A stretch of 64,000 nucleotides of DNA from Mobula hypostoma (GCF_963921235.1 NC_086097.1:167712001-167776000), one strand, 5' to 3'; positions 1 through 13,400 are shown, counted from the stretch's first letter. The notes: generated by a model from the letters alone, not told the origin. A program made the numbers and translations.

Positions 1-1
1 T

Positions 2-2369
2 ATGCACCACTTTAAATTGAATTAGGGAATGTTTAGCACAAATAGAGGAAGTATTAACTAATTGTAAAATCTGCCCCCAATCATCCACAGAAATGGTAAG
101 CCCCAATTCCTGTTCCCAATCTACCCTAATCTTATCAAATGGAGCTTTCCTGAGTTTCATAATAATATTATAAATCATAGCCGATGCACCTTTCTGACAT
201 GGATTAAGGTTAATTATCGAATCTAAAATATATATAGGAGGAAGCATTGGAAAGGAAGGAAGTATAGTACTTAGAAAATTTCTAACTTGTAAATATCTAA
301 AAAAATGTATTCTTGATAGGTTATATTTATTAGATAATTGTTCAAAAGACATAAGGGAACCATCTAAAAATAAATCCAAAAACCGTAAAATACCCTTAGT
401 CTTCCAAGTTTGAAAAGCGCGATCCGTAAAAGAGGGAGGAAAAAATATGTTACCTAAAATAGGAATCGCTAACCCGAATTGATTAAGATCAAAAAATTTT
501 CTGAATTGAAACCAAATACGCAAAGCATATTTAACGATCGGGTTAGAGACCTGCTTAAGGCGTTTCGAATCAAAAGGAAGAGATGAACCTAAAATAGAAC
601 CAAGTGTATAACCCTGAACAGATTGTAATTCCAATGCTACCCATTTAGGAATAGATAGTATATCCCGGTCAAGTAACCAAAATTTCATATGTCGAATATT
701 AATAGCCCAATAATAAAATCTAAAGTTAGGTAATGCTAAACCTCCATCTCTCTTAGCTTTCTGTAAATGTATTTTACCCAGTCTCGGATTCTTATTCTGC
801 CAAATAAATGAAGAAATTTTAGAGTCGACTTTATCAAAAAAAGATTTAGGAACGAAAATTGGTAATGCCTGAAACACATATAAAAATTTTGGCAAAAAAA
901 ACATCTTAACTGCATTAATACGACCAATCAAAGTTAAATATAAAGGAAACCATTTAGATGAAAGTTGAGTAATATGGTCTATTAATGGTAAAAAGTTAGT
1001 CTTAAATAAATCTTTATGTTTACAAGTAATTTTAATCCCAAGATATGAAAGGTAATTATTAATCAATTTAAATGGAAATTTATAATATAAGGGAAGATGT
1101 TTATTAATCGGAAAAAGTTCACTCTTACTAAGATTTAATTTATAACCTGAGAAAAGACCAAATTGTGCTAATAACTCTAAAACAGCAGGAATAGATCTCT
1201 CAGGATTAGAAATATATAAAAGTAAATCATCAGCATAGAGTGATAATTTATGGGACTTTAATCCCCGAGTTATCCCAGTAATATTTGAAGATTCTCGAAT
1301 AGCAATTGCAAGAGGTTCTAATGCAATATCAAATAATAGGGAACTAAAAGGACAGCCTTGTCGAGTACCACGAAAGAGAGGAAAAAAAGGTGAGTTTAAA
1401 GAGTTAGTACGAACCGAGGCTACAGGGGAGTGATATAACAGTTTAATCCAGGATATAAATTTCAGGCTAAAATTAAACATTTCAAGCACCTTAAATAAAT
1501 AAGGCCATTCTACTCTATCAAAAGCTTTCTCGGCATCTAAAGAAATAACACACTCAGGAACATTTTGTGAGGGAGTATAAACGATATTTAACAATGTACG
1601 AATATTATAAAAAGAGTAACGACCTTTAATAAAACCCGTTTGGTCTTCCGAAATAATAGAAGGAAGTACTTTTTCTAGTCTATTTGCTAATAACTTAGAA
1701 AAAACTTTAGAATCAACATTTAATAAAGATATTGGTCTATAAGATGCACATTGAGCAGGGTCTTTATCCTTCTTTAGTATTAAAGAAATTGATGCTCTAT
1801 TAAAAGATTCCGGAAGTTTACCAAGTTTCAAAGAAGCCTCAAAAACCTTATAGAGCCAAGGAATCAATAAAGAAGCAAAACATTTATAAAATTCAACGGT
1901 AAACCCATCAGGGCCAGGAGCTTTCCCCAGATTCATAGAAAAAATAACATTCTTAATCTCATCCATTGTAATGGAAGTATCTAATAAAGAAGACATATCC
2001 TGTGAAATCTGAGGAAAGTCTAACTTATCTAAAAAATCATTCATATATTTAGAATCTCGAGGAGACTCCGATTGATATAAAGAAGAATAAAAATCACAAA
2101 AGGTTTGATTAATCCCCACATGATCCAATATCAATCGATCATTTTGGTTATAAATCTGATTGATTTGAGATTTAACATAATTAGATTTCAATTGATTAGC
2201 CAGCAACTTGCCAATTTTATCACTGTGAACATAAAAATCACTTCTTGTTTTCTTTAATTGGTTTACAATCGAGGACGAGAGTAGTAAACTGTGTTCCATT
2301 TGGAGTTCAGTTCTTTGTTTGTATAGCTCCTCAGAAGGAGCCATAACATATTTCTTATCAATTTCTTTA
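2..2369 (-). mobile_element. L1/Tx1-clade LINE ORF2 (RT domain and C-terminal region), running off the left window edge
   Basis: Manual minus-strand translation in one frame gives KEIDKKYVM at ~2368, KLSLYADDLLLYISNP (YADD) at ~1202-1250 and LVNTSSICAKHSLIQFKVVH at 2-61. The ORF track shows no stop-terminated sub-ORF in this frame, consistent with an uninterrupted frame (spot-checked, not every codon). Confidence 0.9.
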
Positions 2370-2370
2370 A

Positions 2371-3050
2371 ATTGATTTGGTTAGTGGTTTACTATTTAAT
2401 AAAAAAGTAGTTTTGGTTAATGTTTATGCTCCTAATATGGATTGTCCGGAATTTTATAAATCATTGTTTGATCAGTTTCCGAATTTGAACGAGTTTTCAT
2501 TGATTTGGGGCGGAGATCTTAATACCTGTTTATCTCCAGCTTTGGACCGTTCGGCTCCTTTACGGACTTTACCTAATAAATCTGCAAATTTGATTAATTT
2601 TTTCCTTTCTGATTCTGGGTCGACGGATATTTGGCGTTTTCTGCATCCTCAGGAAAAAGATTTTTCCTTTTTTTCACATGTTCATCATTCCTATTCAAGA
2701 ATTGATTATTTTTTTATTGATTCTCGTCTCATTCCTTCAGTGATTAAATGTGATTATGATTCTATAACCATTTCGGATCATGCTCCACTTAAGCTTTCTA
2801 TTAAAATTATGGCCAATATACCAAACAATAGACAATGGCGTTTTAATTCGCTGTTGCTTCAGGACTCGGACTTTGTTAATTTTATGAATGAACAGATTGA
2901 GCTTTTTTTTATAATTAACCATACAGAAGATATTTCGGTTAACACTCTTTGGGACACTTTTAAAGCCTATATTCGGGGTCAGATTATTTCGTATTCCGTT
3001 GCTTTGAGGAAGAAACAGAAGCAGGAGGAGATGGCAATTGTGGACAAGAT
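2371..3050 (+). mobile_element. Inverted 5' segment of the same L1: APE endonuclease domain
   Basis: ORF 2377-3093 has APE motifs VNVYAPN, GGDLN, SRIDYFF and SDH, plus WDTFKAYIRG. It ends at AIVDKI (3050), which continues directly into KEIDKK on the opposite strand at 2368. Confidence 0.9.
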
Positions 3051-3084
3051 CTTTTTTACTCTTGGTTCAATGTCGCCAACACTG

Positions 3085-4605
3085 AGTCCCTGAAGAGAGC
3101 TGCCGAAGAGACCTGCACCTTGGTCATCTCTGAGGCTGAAGCACGCAGGTTACAAGGCTGTGGAACCAGACGGCATCCCAGGGTGAGTACTCAGGATGTG
3201 CGTTGCACAACAGGCAGGTGTGTTTACAGACATTTTTAATGTCTCCCTCTCCCAATGTAGAGTGCCCTCCTGCTTCAAAACATCTACCATTCTTCCATTA
3301 CCTAAAAAGACCAAGGTACCATGTCTGAACGACTGGTGTCCTGTCACACTCACCTCAATAATAAGCAAATGCTTTGAGAGGCTGGTCAAGGTCTACACCT
3401 GCAGCATGCTACCACCCACACTGGATCCCCCACAGTTCACCTACCGACACAACTGATAGACAGATGATGCAATAGCCACAGCTCTGCACACCGTCTTTAC
3501 ACATCTGGAGAAGAAGGATGCTTATGTGAGAATGCTGTTCTTGGACTACAGTTTGGCATTCAAAACCATAATTCCCTCCAGGCCCAACAAGAAGCTCAGA
3601 GAACTCGGCCTTCACCCTGCCTTGTCCTGGACTTCCTGTCAGATTGCTGGCAGATGATAAGAATGGGCTTCCTCACCTCTGACCCTCAACACAGGTGCCC
3701 CTCAGGGTTGTATCCTAAGCTCCTTCTGTACTCTCTATATACCCATGACTGCGACGCCACCCACAGCTTCAATCTGCTAATTAAATTTGCTGACAATATT
3801 ACATTTATTGGCCTAATCTCAAATAATAATGAGGCAGCTTACAAAGAGGAAGTCATCATCCCGACACAGCAGTGTCAAGAGAACAACCTCTCCCTCAACG
3901 TCGCAAAATCAAAGGACCTAATTGTGAATTACAGGAGGAATGGAGATGGGCTAACCCCTCTTGACATCAATGGATCTGGGGTTGAGAGGGTAAACAGCTT
4001 TAAGTTCCTTGGCATACACTTCACCGAGGATCGCACATGGTCTGTACATACCAGCTGTGTAGTAAAAAAAGCACAACAGCGCCTCTTTCACCTCAGGCAG
4101 TTGAAGAAGTTTGGTATGGACCCCAAATCCTACGAACTTTCTACAGGGGCACTACTGAGAACATCCTGACTGGCTGCATCACTGGCTGCTATGGGAATTG
4201 TACTTCTTTCAATCGCAGGACTCTGCAGAGTATGGTGCCCAGCGCATCTGTAGATGTGAACTTCTCACTAATCAGGATATTTACAAAGACAGGTGTGCAA
4301 AAAAGTGCCCGAAGGATCGTTGGGGACCCGAGTCACGCCAATCACAAACTGTTCCAGCTGCTACCATCCGGGAAATGGTACCGTAGTATAAAAGCCAAGA
4401 CCATCAGGCTCTGGGACAGCTTCTTCCACCAGGCCATCGGACTGACTAATTCATACTGATACAATTGTATTTCTATGTTATATTGACTGTCCTGTTGTAC
4501 GTATTATTTATTATAAATTAATATAAATTGCACATTGTACATTTAGACGGAGACGTAACATGAAGATTTTTACTCCTCATGTATATGAAGGATGTAAGTA
4601 ACAAT
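3085..4605 (+). mobile_element. Decayed Rex1/Babar-type LINE (RT and 3' end)
   Basis: ORF fragments VFTDIFNVSLSQCRVPSCFKTSTI, KFADN, FKFLG, VKKAQQRLFHLR and LLPSG are separated by stops and frameshifts. The same 3' tail occurs in reverse orientation at ~37770-37850. Confidence 0.8.
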
Positions 4606-4689
4606 TCAGTGGCATCAATACAGGTTCAATGAACTGATTAGAAGGGCTGGCTCTATCAGAGGAGTGCCCAGGCCTGCGCCCTGGAAACC

Positions 4690-5123
4690 TTCCAAGGCGC
4701 AAATCCATGGTCTCACGAGACTAACGGATGCCTAATTAAACTAATTAGAGGAGTCAAACTGTATACACTAGAGAATGTGGAAGAACAAAAGACCATACGG
4801 AAAATCCTGGCAATTCTGGGCAATGTTTCCCACCCTCTGCATGCCACCTTGGCTGAACAGAGGACCACATTTACCAAGACAACTGTGGTGCTCCAAGGAG
4901 CACTATATGAGGTCAAGCTTATTCCCAGCCATTAGGCTTTATAATGAGTCAACCTATAGCCAGGGAAGTGATGACCCCCTCCTGTTCGACTGTTTAAGGT
5001 AACTTACTTTTTATTTACCCTTCTTACTTCTCTTCTAATATTGTATATCTGTGCACTTGTAATGCTACTGTGACACCGTAATTTCCTTTGGGATCAATAA
5101 AGTACCTATCCATCTATCTATCT
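4690..5123 (+). mobile_element. LINE 3' end fragment (Rex/L2-like)
   Basis: HPLH and RSSLFPAIRLYN remnants, ending in GGGATCAATAAAGTA plus a (TCTA)n-like tail. Confidence 0.55.
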
Positions 5124-6064
5124 AAAAATATATAAATGGGTGATGGTGAATGTAAGAAGGGGAACAAAATGGGAGGACCAGGGGAGGATTGGAAGGAGAA
5201 GAAGATGGTGGAAAAACACCATCATGATCTCTCCCTGAACCCTGGCAATTGTAAAATAGGCAACTGGTTTGTGGAGCACCTGTGCTCTGTTCACAGTGGT
5301 CGTTCCCACCTCCTGGTGACATGTTGTCTGAACTTCCCTTCCCATTCCCAACCCAGCCATTCTTTAGCCTTCTCCACTGCCTGGGTGGGACCCAACCCAA
5401 ATCAAAGAAACAACACCTCATATTCTGCCTGGGTGATCAACAACCCAATGATATGAACATTGAATATTTCAGTTTCAAGTAAGACTTACAACCGCCCCCC
5501 CCCACCCCTGTGTTCCCCTCTCTCTTCTGACTCACCTCTAGTCCTCCCATTTTAGTTCACCTTCCCATATCCCTGTCCACCCACCCCCAACATTCATTCA
5601 TTCCCCCTCCCCCTCCTGTTTCCATCCATCTACGATCCCTACACTCAACCACACTCAATCTGGTTCCATCTGACCATCTCTCCTTTAAGTGGTTCCCATT
5701 ATCCCCTTTCTTATCAAGTTCCAGCAATAGTAGCTTTTGTGGTCTCACTTATCACCTCCCGCCTCTGTCTCCATCTTGAGCCTCCCTCGCCCACCTGGCT
5801 CCCATCTGCCTTTTATTTTGTTATTTTCTTCCACCTATCACCTACCTGCTGTTTCCCAACTCCACCAAGGGTAGATGAGATATTTGGGCCTCAGCGAGGC
5901 CTTTGACAAGGTCACCCATGGTAGTCTAATCTGGACAGTTAGATCACACAGAGTCCAGTTGACTGCATTCACAATTGGTTCAATCGTACGACGCAGAGGA
6001 TGGCAGTGGTATGTTGTTTCTCAGACTGCAATGCTGTGACTTGTGGTGTGCTGGAACATTTGTT

Positions 6065-6968
6065 GTTCATTTGGAATGAAATCAAATCATTAGAAAGAGG
6101 CGACACAGGGTCAGAAGGTGTTGAATCAATGTGGATAGAGCTAAGGAACTGTAAGGGTAAAAAGACCCTGATGTGTTGTGTTTGGATTTCCAGAAGGCCT
6201 TTGACAAGGTGATACACATGATGCTGCTTAACAAGCTATGAGCCCATGGTATTACAAGAAAGACACTAGCATGGATAAAGCAGTGGCTGATTGGCAGGAG
6301 GCAAATAGTGGGAATAAAGGGAACCTTTTCTGGATGACTGCTGGTGACTGGTGTGTCCCACAGGTCTGTGTTGGGACCAGTTCTTTTTATATTATATGTC
6401 AATGACTTGGCTGATGGAATAGATAGCTTTGTTGCAAAGTTTGCAGACAATTTGAAGATAGATGGAGGTGCAGGTACTTTTGAGGAAGTAGCGTGGCTAC
6501 AGAAGGACTTGGATTAGGAGAATAGACAAAAAAATAACAGAGAGGATACAGTGTTGGGAAGTGTATGGTCATGCACTTTGATAGAAGAAATGAAAGGGTT
6601 GACTATTTTCTAAATGGCGAAAAAATACAGAAAAAATTAAATGCAAAGGGACTTGGGAGTCCTTGTGCAGGATTCCCTAAAGGTTAACTTGCAGATTGAG
6701 TCTATGGTGAGGAAGGCAAATGTGATGTTAGCATGCATTTCAAGAGGACTAGAATATAAAAGCAAGGATGTAATGTTGTGACTTTATAAAGCACTGGTGA
6801 GGCCTCACCTGGAGTATTGTGAGCAGTTTTGAACCCCTTGTCTTTGAAAGGATGTGCTGACATTGGAGAGGGTTCAAAAGAGGTTCACAAAATGATTCTG
6901 GGATTGAGTGGCTTGTCATATGAAGAGCGCTTGATGGCTCTGGGTCATTTTCGCTGGAATTCAGAAAA
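6065..6968 (+). mobile_element. Decayed CR1 LINE, truncated where the CDK retrocopy begins
   Basis: Typical CR1 ORF2 sequence (AAGTTTGCAGAC = KFAD; GAGGCCTCACCTGGAGTATTGT = RPHLEYC) ending at CTGGAATTCAGAAAA. Confidence 0.8.
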
Positions 6969-7332
6969 ATGGGACGTAAATTTTACTCAACAGCAGTGGA
7001 TGTTCAGAGCATTGGATGCACTTTTGCAGAAATGATTACAAGAAAACCCTTGTTTCCTGGAAATTCTGAGATTGACCAGCTTTCCAGGATTTTCTGCACA
7101 CTTGGAACACCAAATGAGTCTGTGTGGCCTGGAGTTACTCAACTACCTGATTACAAAGCAAACTTTCCACAGTGAACAGGCAAGATTTCAGTAAGATGCT
7201 ACTCAATCTGAACGTAGATGGCAGAGATCTGCTAATGCAAGTGCTCCAGTATGATCCTAACAAGAGGATTTCTGCAAAAATTGCCATACGTCATCAATTT
7301 TTCAGTGATGTGACCATTCAGCTGCTACATAT
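6969..7332 (+). pseudogene. Processed pseudogene fragment of a CDK2/CDK3-type kinase (C-lobe only)
   Basis: Translates [56 protein letters not shown], then [34 protein letters not shown]. It has no introns. A 1-bp deletion in the conserved Trp codon gives TGA at 7173-7175 and a frameshift; DIWS is mutated to DVQS and GDSEID to GNSEID. Confidence 0.88.
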
Positions 7333-7561
7333 TGAAGCACCTTCAATAACTCCAAAAGACTGAGGTTGGGTAAAATACTGAAAGGCTTTTATTCGCTGTA
7401 CAGTACGACCTCCATGCTGAGTGTCTGCCCCTGGACTGAGGAGGAGGGGCAAGGTGAAATCACCTTTATTCATGAATCTGTGGGAGGATCCACAGGGGCA
7501 GTCAGCAGAGGGGTGTGTCCAGACAGGTAACCCAGTTACAACATATATATGGTTTACCACA
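7333..7561 (-). mobile_element. 3' LTR (~230 bp) of a Gypsy retrotransposon
   Basis: Minus strand reads TGTGGTAAAC...GGTGCTTCA (TG...CA), with AATAAA at ~7388-7393 and the polypurine tract AAAAAAAGGAGGGATGAA (7562-7579) immediately upstream. The left boundary is less certain (7361 is an alternative). Confidence 0.75.
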
Positions 7562-10315
7562 TTCATCCCTCCTTTTTTTAAAAAAGAGTCCCGCGGAGTG
7601 AAGTGACTGACAATATTTACAACAAGTATATTTACAGGTCAAGTCTATCAGGCGGTCGAGTCCATCGCTGTGATCTACGTAGCACCGGTGGTGATTGCAT
7701 TGGCGACGGCAGTTGTGCTGGCTCCGGCCTGACTTCAGGTGCCAGCACGTTAGGCGTCGGTAATCCCTCGTGCGTGTGCATCGCGCCCGGTATGGGAGTG
7801 TCGTGTGGTGTCTGTGTAGGGTTTCGAGTGCGCGGTGTCTCGTGGGTACATACATCGGTGGGTACGGAGTCAATAGTCACCACGGAGTGTTCAGGGTAGG
7901 GGCCCGGTGCTCCTGCGGGTGCCAGGTCGCGGATGGAGACTGTGTCCTCCCGCCCATCAGGTAAAACCACATAGGCATACTGAGGGTTCGCATGAAGTAA
8001 GTGAACCCTCTCGACCATCGGGGAGTATTTATTGCTCCTCGCATGTTTCTGGCGCAGCACTGACCCCGGGGACGTCAGCCAAGTTGGTAGGGTGGTCCCA
8101 GTGGTTGACTTTCTGGGAAATGAAAAGAGCCGCTCATGAGGGGTGGCATTGGTGGCCGTGCATAACAGGGAGCGGATGGAGTGGAGTGCCTCGGGAAGGA
8201 CCTCCTGCCAGCGGGAGACCAGCAGTCCCTTTGACCTGAGGGCTAAGAGTGTGGCTTTCCACACTGTGCCATTCTCCTTCTCCACCTGTCCATTCCCCCG
8301 GGGATTATAGCTCGTGGTCCTACTAGTTGCAATTCCCATAGCCAGTAGGTATTGGTGCAGCTCGTCACTCATAAACAAGGACCCTCTGTCACTGTGGATA
8401 TAGCATGGGTATCCGAACAGAGTGAAGAGCTTGCGCAGGGCTTTTATAACTGACGTGGTAGTGGTGTCGGGGCAGGGGATGGTGAAGGGGAACCGCGAGT
8501 ATTCGTTGATAACGTTAAGAAAGTACACATTGCGCTCGGTGGAGGGAAGGGGGCCCTTAAAGTCAATACTCAGTCGCTCAAAGGGGCGGGTGGCCTTGAT
8601 GAGTTGTGCCTTTTTTGGGTCGGTAGAAGTGCGGTTTGCACTCTGCGCAGACTTGGCAGTCCCTGGTCATCGTCCTGATCTCCTCAAGGGAGTAAGGCAG
8701 GTTCTGGGATTTCACGAAGTGGAAAAGCCGGGTGACTCCCGGGTGGCAAAGATCTACATGTAGGGCGTATAGCCGGTCGATCTGCGTGCTGGCACACATT
8801 CCCTGGGATAGGGCATCGGAGGGCTCGTTGAGCTTCCCAGGCCTGTACATGATATCATAGTTGAAGGTGGAGAGTTCGATTCTCCACCTCAGAATTTTAT
8901 CATTTTTGATTTTGCCCCGCTGTTGGTTATTAAACATGAATGCGACTGAGCGCTGGTCAGTTAGCAGGGTGAACCTTTTGCTGGCGAGATAGTGCCTCCA
9001 GTGCCTAATAGCTTCCACTATGGCCTGGGCCTCTTTCTCCACCACGGAGTGCCGAAGTTCAGGACCTTGAAGAATATGGGAGAAGAACGCCACTGGTCTT
9101 CCCGCCTGGTTGAGGGTAGCAGCCAGCGCAAAGTCGGAGGCGTCACTCTCCACTTGGAAGGGAATGGACTCATCCACTGCATGCATTGCTGCTTTGGCAA
9201 TGTCCCCTTTTATGTGGCTGAAGGCCGCGCAGGCCTCAGCTGGGAGGGGGAATGTGGTGGACTTGACCAGGGGGCGGGCCTTGTCCGCGTAGTTAGAGAC
9301 CCATTGGGCGTAATATGAAAAGAAGCCCAGGCACCTTTTGAGGGCTCTGAGGGTGTTGGGAAGAGGGAGTTCCAACAGGGGTCGGGGTCAGGGCCAATGA
9401 CTCCATTCTCCACGACACACCCAAGGATAGCAAGTCGGGTGGTCCCGAATACACTCTTGTCCTTGTTATAGGTGAGATTGAAAGCATTTGGCCGCTTGGA
9501 GAAATTTTTGGAGGTTGTTGTCGTGATCCTGCCGGTCGTGACCGCATATGGTGATGTTATCCAGATATGGGAACGTGGCCTTCAGTTGGCACTGGTCCAC
9601 CATTCAGTCCATCGCCCTCTGGAAGACAGATACACCATTCATGACACCGAAGGGGACACGCAGGAATTGATAAAGCCTGCCGTCCACCTCAAAGGCAGTG
9701 TAAGGGCGGTCCTCCCGGCGGATGGGGAGCTGATGGTAAGCAGATTTTAGGTCTATGGTCGAGTAAACCTTGTACTGTGCTATCTGATTGACCATATCTG
9801 CGATGTGGGGTAGAGGGTACGCGTCGAGCTGCGTGAACCTATTGATGGTCTGGCTACAGTCCACGACCATCCTATTCTTCTCCCCGTTCCGAACAACCAC
9901 CACCTGCGCCCTCCAAGGACTTGTGCTTGTCTCAATGACCCCCTCCCTGAGCAGCCGCTGCACCTCCAACTTAATGAAAGCTCTGTCCCCCCCCCGCTGT
10001 ACCTCCTGCTTTTAGTTGCCACAGGTTTACAGTCGGGGGTCAGGTTGGCGAACAGCGGTGGGGGAGGGATCCTGAGGGTGGAGAGGCCGCAAGTGGCATC
10101 AGTAGTGCGGCAGTTGGCATGATGTTGGGTGGGATGCGCGGGTCGGTGTGTGTGTGTGGTCAGTAGTGGGGTATGTGACGTATCCCTACAAAACTGGGGA
10201 TTTACCACAGTGATTGTTGGGAGGGGCCCATCATACTTCATTGTCACACTTTTCAAGTGGCTCTGGAAGTCGAGCCCCAATAGCACAGGGGTACACAGTT
10301 GAGGCATAACCAGTG
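7562..10315 (-). mobile_element. Ty3/Gypsy pol (end of protease, RT, RNase H, integrase), lightly degraded; gag and 5' LTR missing
   Basis: RT SPWRAQVVVV, DAYPLP, IDLKSAYHQ, PFG and YLDN. RNase H ESDAS, EKEA and TDQ. Integrase HHCC (H..CHPG..CQVC) and IHSDRG..NGQVE, ending RRSQRWTRPPDRLDL*. The order RT-RH-IN defines Gypsy. Confidence 0.92.
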
Positions 10316-10487
10316 ACGTAAAACCTTTAACCTGCACTAAGATCAGTCTAAACCTTCCCTCCCCCATAGACTCCAATTTTCTATCATCCATGTACATATC
10401 TATGAGTCTCTTAAATGCCCTAATGTATCTGCCTCTACCACTGCGACTGGCAGCAGAATCCACACACACATCACTCATTATATTTTA

Positions 10488-13400
10488 GATCATCCGGAAT
10501 GGTTCCGGAGGACTGGAAAATTGTAAATGTCAGTCCACTCTTTAAGAAGAGAGTGAGGCAGAAGAATGGAAATTTTAGGCCAGCTAGCCTGACCTCAGTG
10601 GTTGGGAAGATGTTAGAGTCCTTTATTAAGGATGAGGTTTCAGGGTACTTGGAGGCACGTGATAAAGTAGCCAAAGTTAGCATGGTTTCCTTAAGGGAAA
10701 ATCTTGCCTGACAAATCTTTTGGAATTCTTTGAGGAAATAACAGGCTGGATAGAGAAAGGAGAGTCAGTGAAAGTTATGTACTTGGATTTTCAGAAGTCC
10801 TTTGACAAGATGCCACACATGTGGCTGTTTAACAAGTTAAGAGCCCATGGTATTATATGAAAGATACCAGCATGGATGGAGCATTGGCTGACTGGCAGAA
10901 GGCAAAGAGTGGGAATTAAAGAGGTTAGCTGCTGGTGACTGGTGGTGTTCCACAGAGATTGCTGTTGGGACTGCTTCTTTTCCTGTTATATGTCAATGAT
11001 TTGAATGATGGAATTGATAGCATTGTGGCCAAATTTGTGGACAATACAAAAATAGGTGGAGTTGCTGGTAGTGTTGAGGAAACAAGGAGTCTGCAGAATG
11101 ACTTAGACTGATTAGGAAATAGGCAAAGGAGTGGCAGATAGAATATGGTATAGGGAGGTTTATGGTCATACACTTTGACAGAAGGAGTAAAGGCGTAGAC
11201 TCTTATTTAAATAGGGAGAAAATTCAAAAATCAGAGATGCAAAGCGATTTGGGAGTTCTTGTGCAGGATTCCCTAAAAATTAACTTGCAGGTTGGGTCGG
11301 TGGTATGGAATGCAAATGCAATGTTAGCATTCATTTCAAGAGGACATTTCGAGTTGAAGAGTGACCAATCAGCAAGAGGCAGTGCATGAAAAGAGCTACC
11401 TTTCAGTCAGGTCCACATTCAGGATTTAAAAAGGCAGACCTTTGTGTTGAACCACTGGAAAATTATGTTGGAGAGGTAGTAATGGGGGACAAGGAAATGT
11501 TGGCTGAACTGAATAAGTATTTTGCATCGGTCTTCACTGTGGAATACTGTAGCAGTTTGACAGAAGTTCTAAAGCGTTGGGGCAGAAATGCATGAAGTTG
11601 CGTTTATAAGGGGGAAGGTTCTTGGGAAGCTGAAAGGTCTGAAGATATATAAGTCAGCTGGATCAGATGGTGTACACCCCTGGGTTCTGTATGAGAGTAG
11701 CTGAAGATATTCTGGAGGCATTAGTAACGATCTTCCAAGTATCACTAGATTCTGGCATGGTTCCAGAGGAATGGACAATTGCAAATGTCACTCCACTCTT
11801 CAAGAAGGGAGAGATACAGAAGAAAGGAAATTATAGGCCAGCTGACTTCAGTGGTTGGGAGGATGTTAGAGTCAATTGTTCAGGATGTTTCCTCGGAGTT
11901 CTTGGAGGCACATGTTAAAATACACTGTAGTCAGCATGGTTTCCTTAAGGGAAAATCTTGCCTGATAAATCTCTTGGAAGTCTTTGAAGAAATAACAAGT
12001 AGAATAAACAAAGGGGATTCAGTTGATGTTGCGTACTTGGGTTTTCAGATAACCTTTGACAATGTGCCACACATGAGGCTGATTAACAAGTTAAAAGACC
12101 ATGCTATTACAGGAAGATACTGGCGTGGATAGAGCATTGGTTGATTGGCAGGAGACAAAGAGTGGTGATAAAGGGAGTCTTTTCTGCTTGGCTGCTGGTG
12201 ACTAGTGATGTTCCACTGGCATATGTGTTGGATATGATTCTTTTTACATTATATGTGAATGATTTGGATGACTGAATTAAGGATTTTGTGGCCAAATTTG
12301 CAGGTGATATGAAGATAGGCAGAGGAGCAGGTAGTTTTGAGGAAGTAGAGAAGCTTCAGAAGGAGTTAGACAGATAAGGAGAAGGGGTAAAGAGGTGCCC
12401 ATGGAAGATGCAAATGCGATACAGTCTCAGGAACTGTATGGTCATGCACTTTGGTAGAAGAAATAAACACATAGAATATTTTCTAAATGGAGAGAAAATT
12501 CAATATCTGATATGTAAATAGGCTTGGGAGTCCTTGTGCAGGATTGCCTAAAGCTTAATTTGCAGGTTGAGTCGCTGGTGAGAAGGCAAATGCAATGTTA
12601 GCAATCATTTTGAAAGAACTAGAATATAAAAGCAAGGATGTAATGTCGAGGCTTTATAAGGCACTGGTGAAGCCTTACTTGAGGTATTGCAGGTAGTTTT
12701 GGACCCCTTATCTAAGAAAGGATATGGTGACGTTGGAGAGGGTTCAAAAGAGGTTCATGAAAATGATTCCAGGATTGTCATATGAGGAGCATTTGGTGGC
12801 TGTGGACCTCTACTCACTAGAATTCAGAAGAATGAGGGGCGACCTCATTGAAACCAATTGATCGCTGAAAGGCCTTGTTGGAGTAGACATGGAGAGAATG
12901 TTTCCGAAGGTGGGAAGTCTAAGACCAGAAGACACGGTCTCAGAATAGATGGGTGTCCTTTTAGGAATTTCTTTAGCTGAGGGTGGTGCATCAGAGGAAT
13001 TTGTTGCCATAGCCGGCTGCAGAGGCCAAGTCAATGGATACATTTAAGGCAGAGGTTGATAGGTTGTTGATTAGTCAGGACATGAAGGGATATGGAGAGA
13101 AGGCAGAAGATTGGGACTGAGAAGGAAAATGGATCAGCCATAGAGCAGACTCGATCGGCCACATAGCCTTATTCAGCTCCTATATCTTATGGTCGTATAT
13201 CAGAAAAGATGTGCTAGCGTTGGACAGGGTTCAGAGGGGGTTCATGAGGATGATTCCAGGAATAAAAGGTTTAATGTAAGAGAAGTGTTTGATGCTCTGC
13301 GCCTGTACCCATTGGAGTTTAGAAGAAGGAAAGCAGCATCTCTTTGAAACCTGTTGAATGTTTCCTAAAGTTGAGGAGTCTAAAACCAGAGGGCACAGAC

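Noticed and set aside
6969..7363. Functional CDK gene or exon
   Set aside because: It has a frameshift and stop, mutated conserved residues, no N-lobe and no flanking splice sites.
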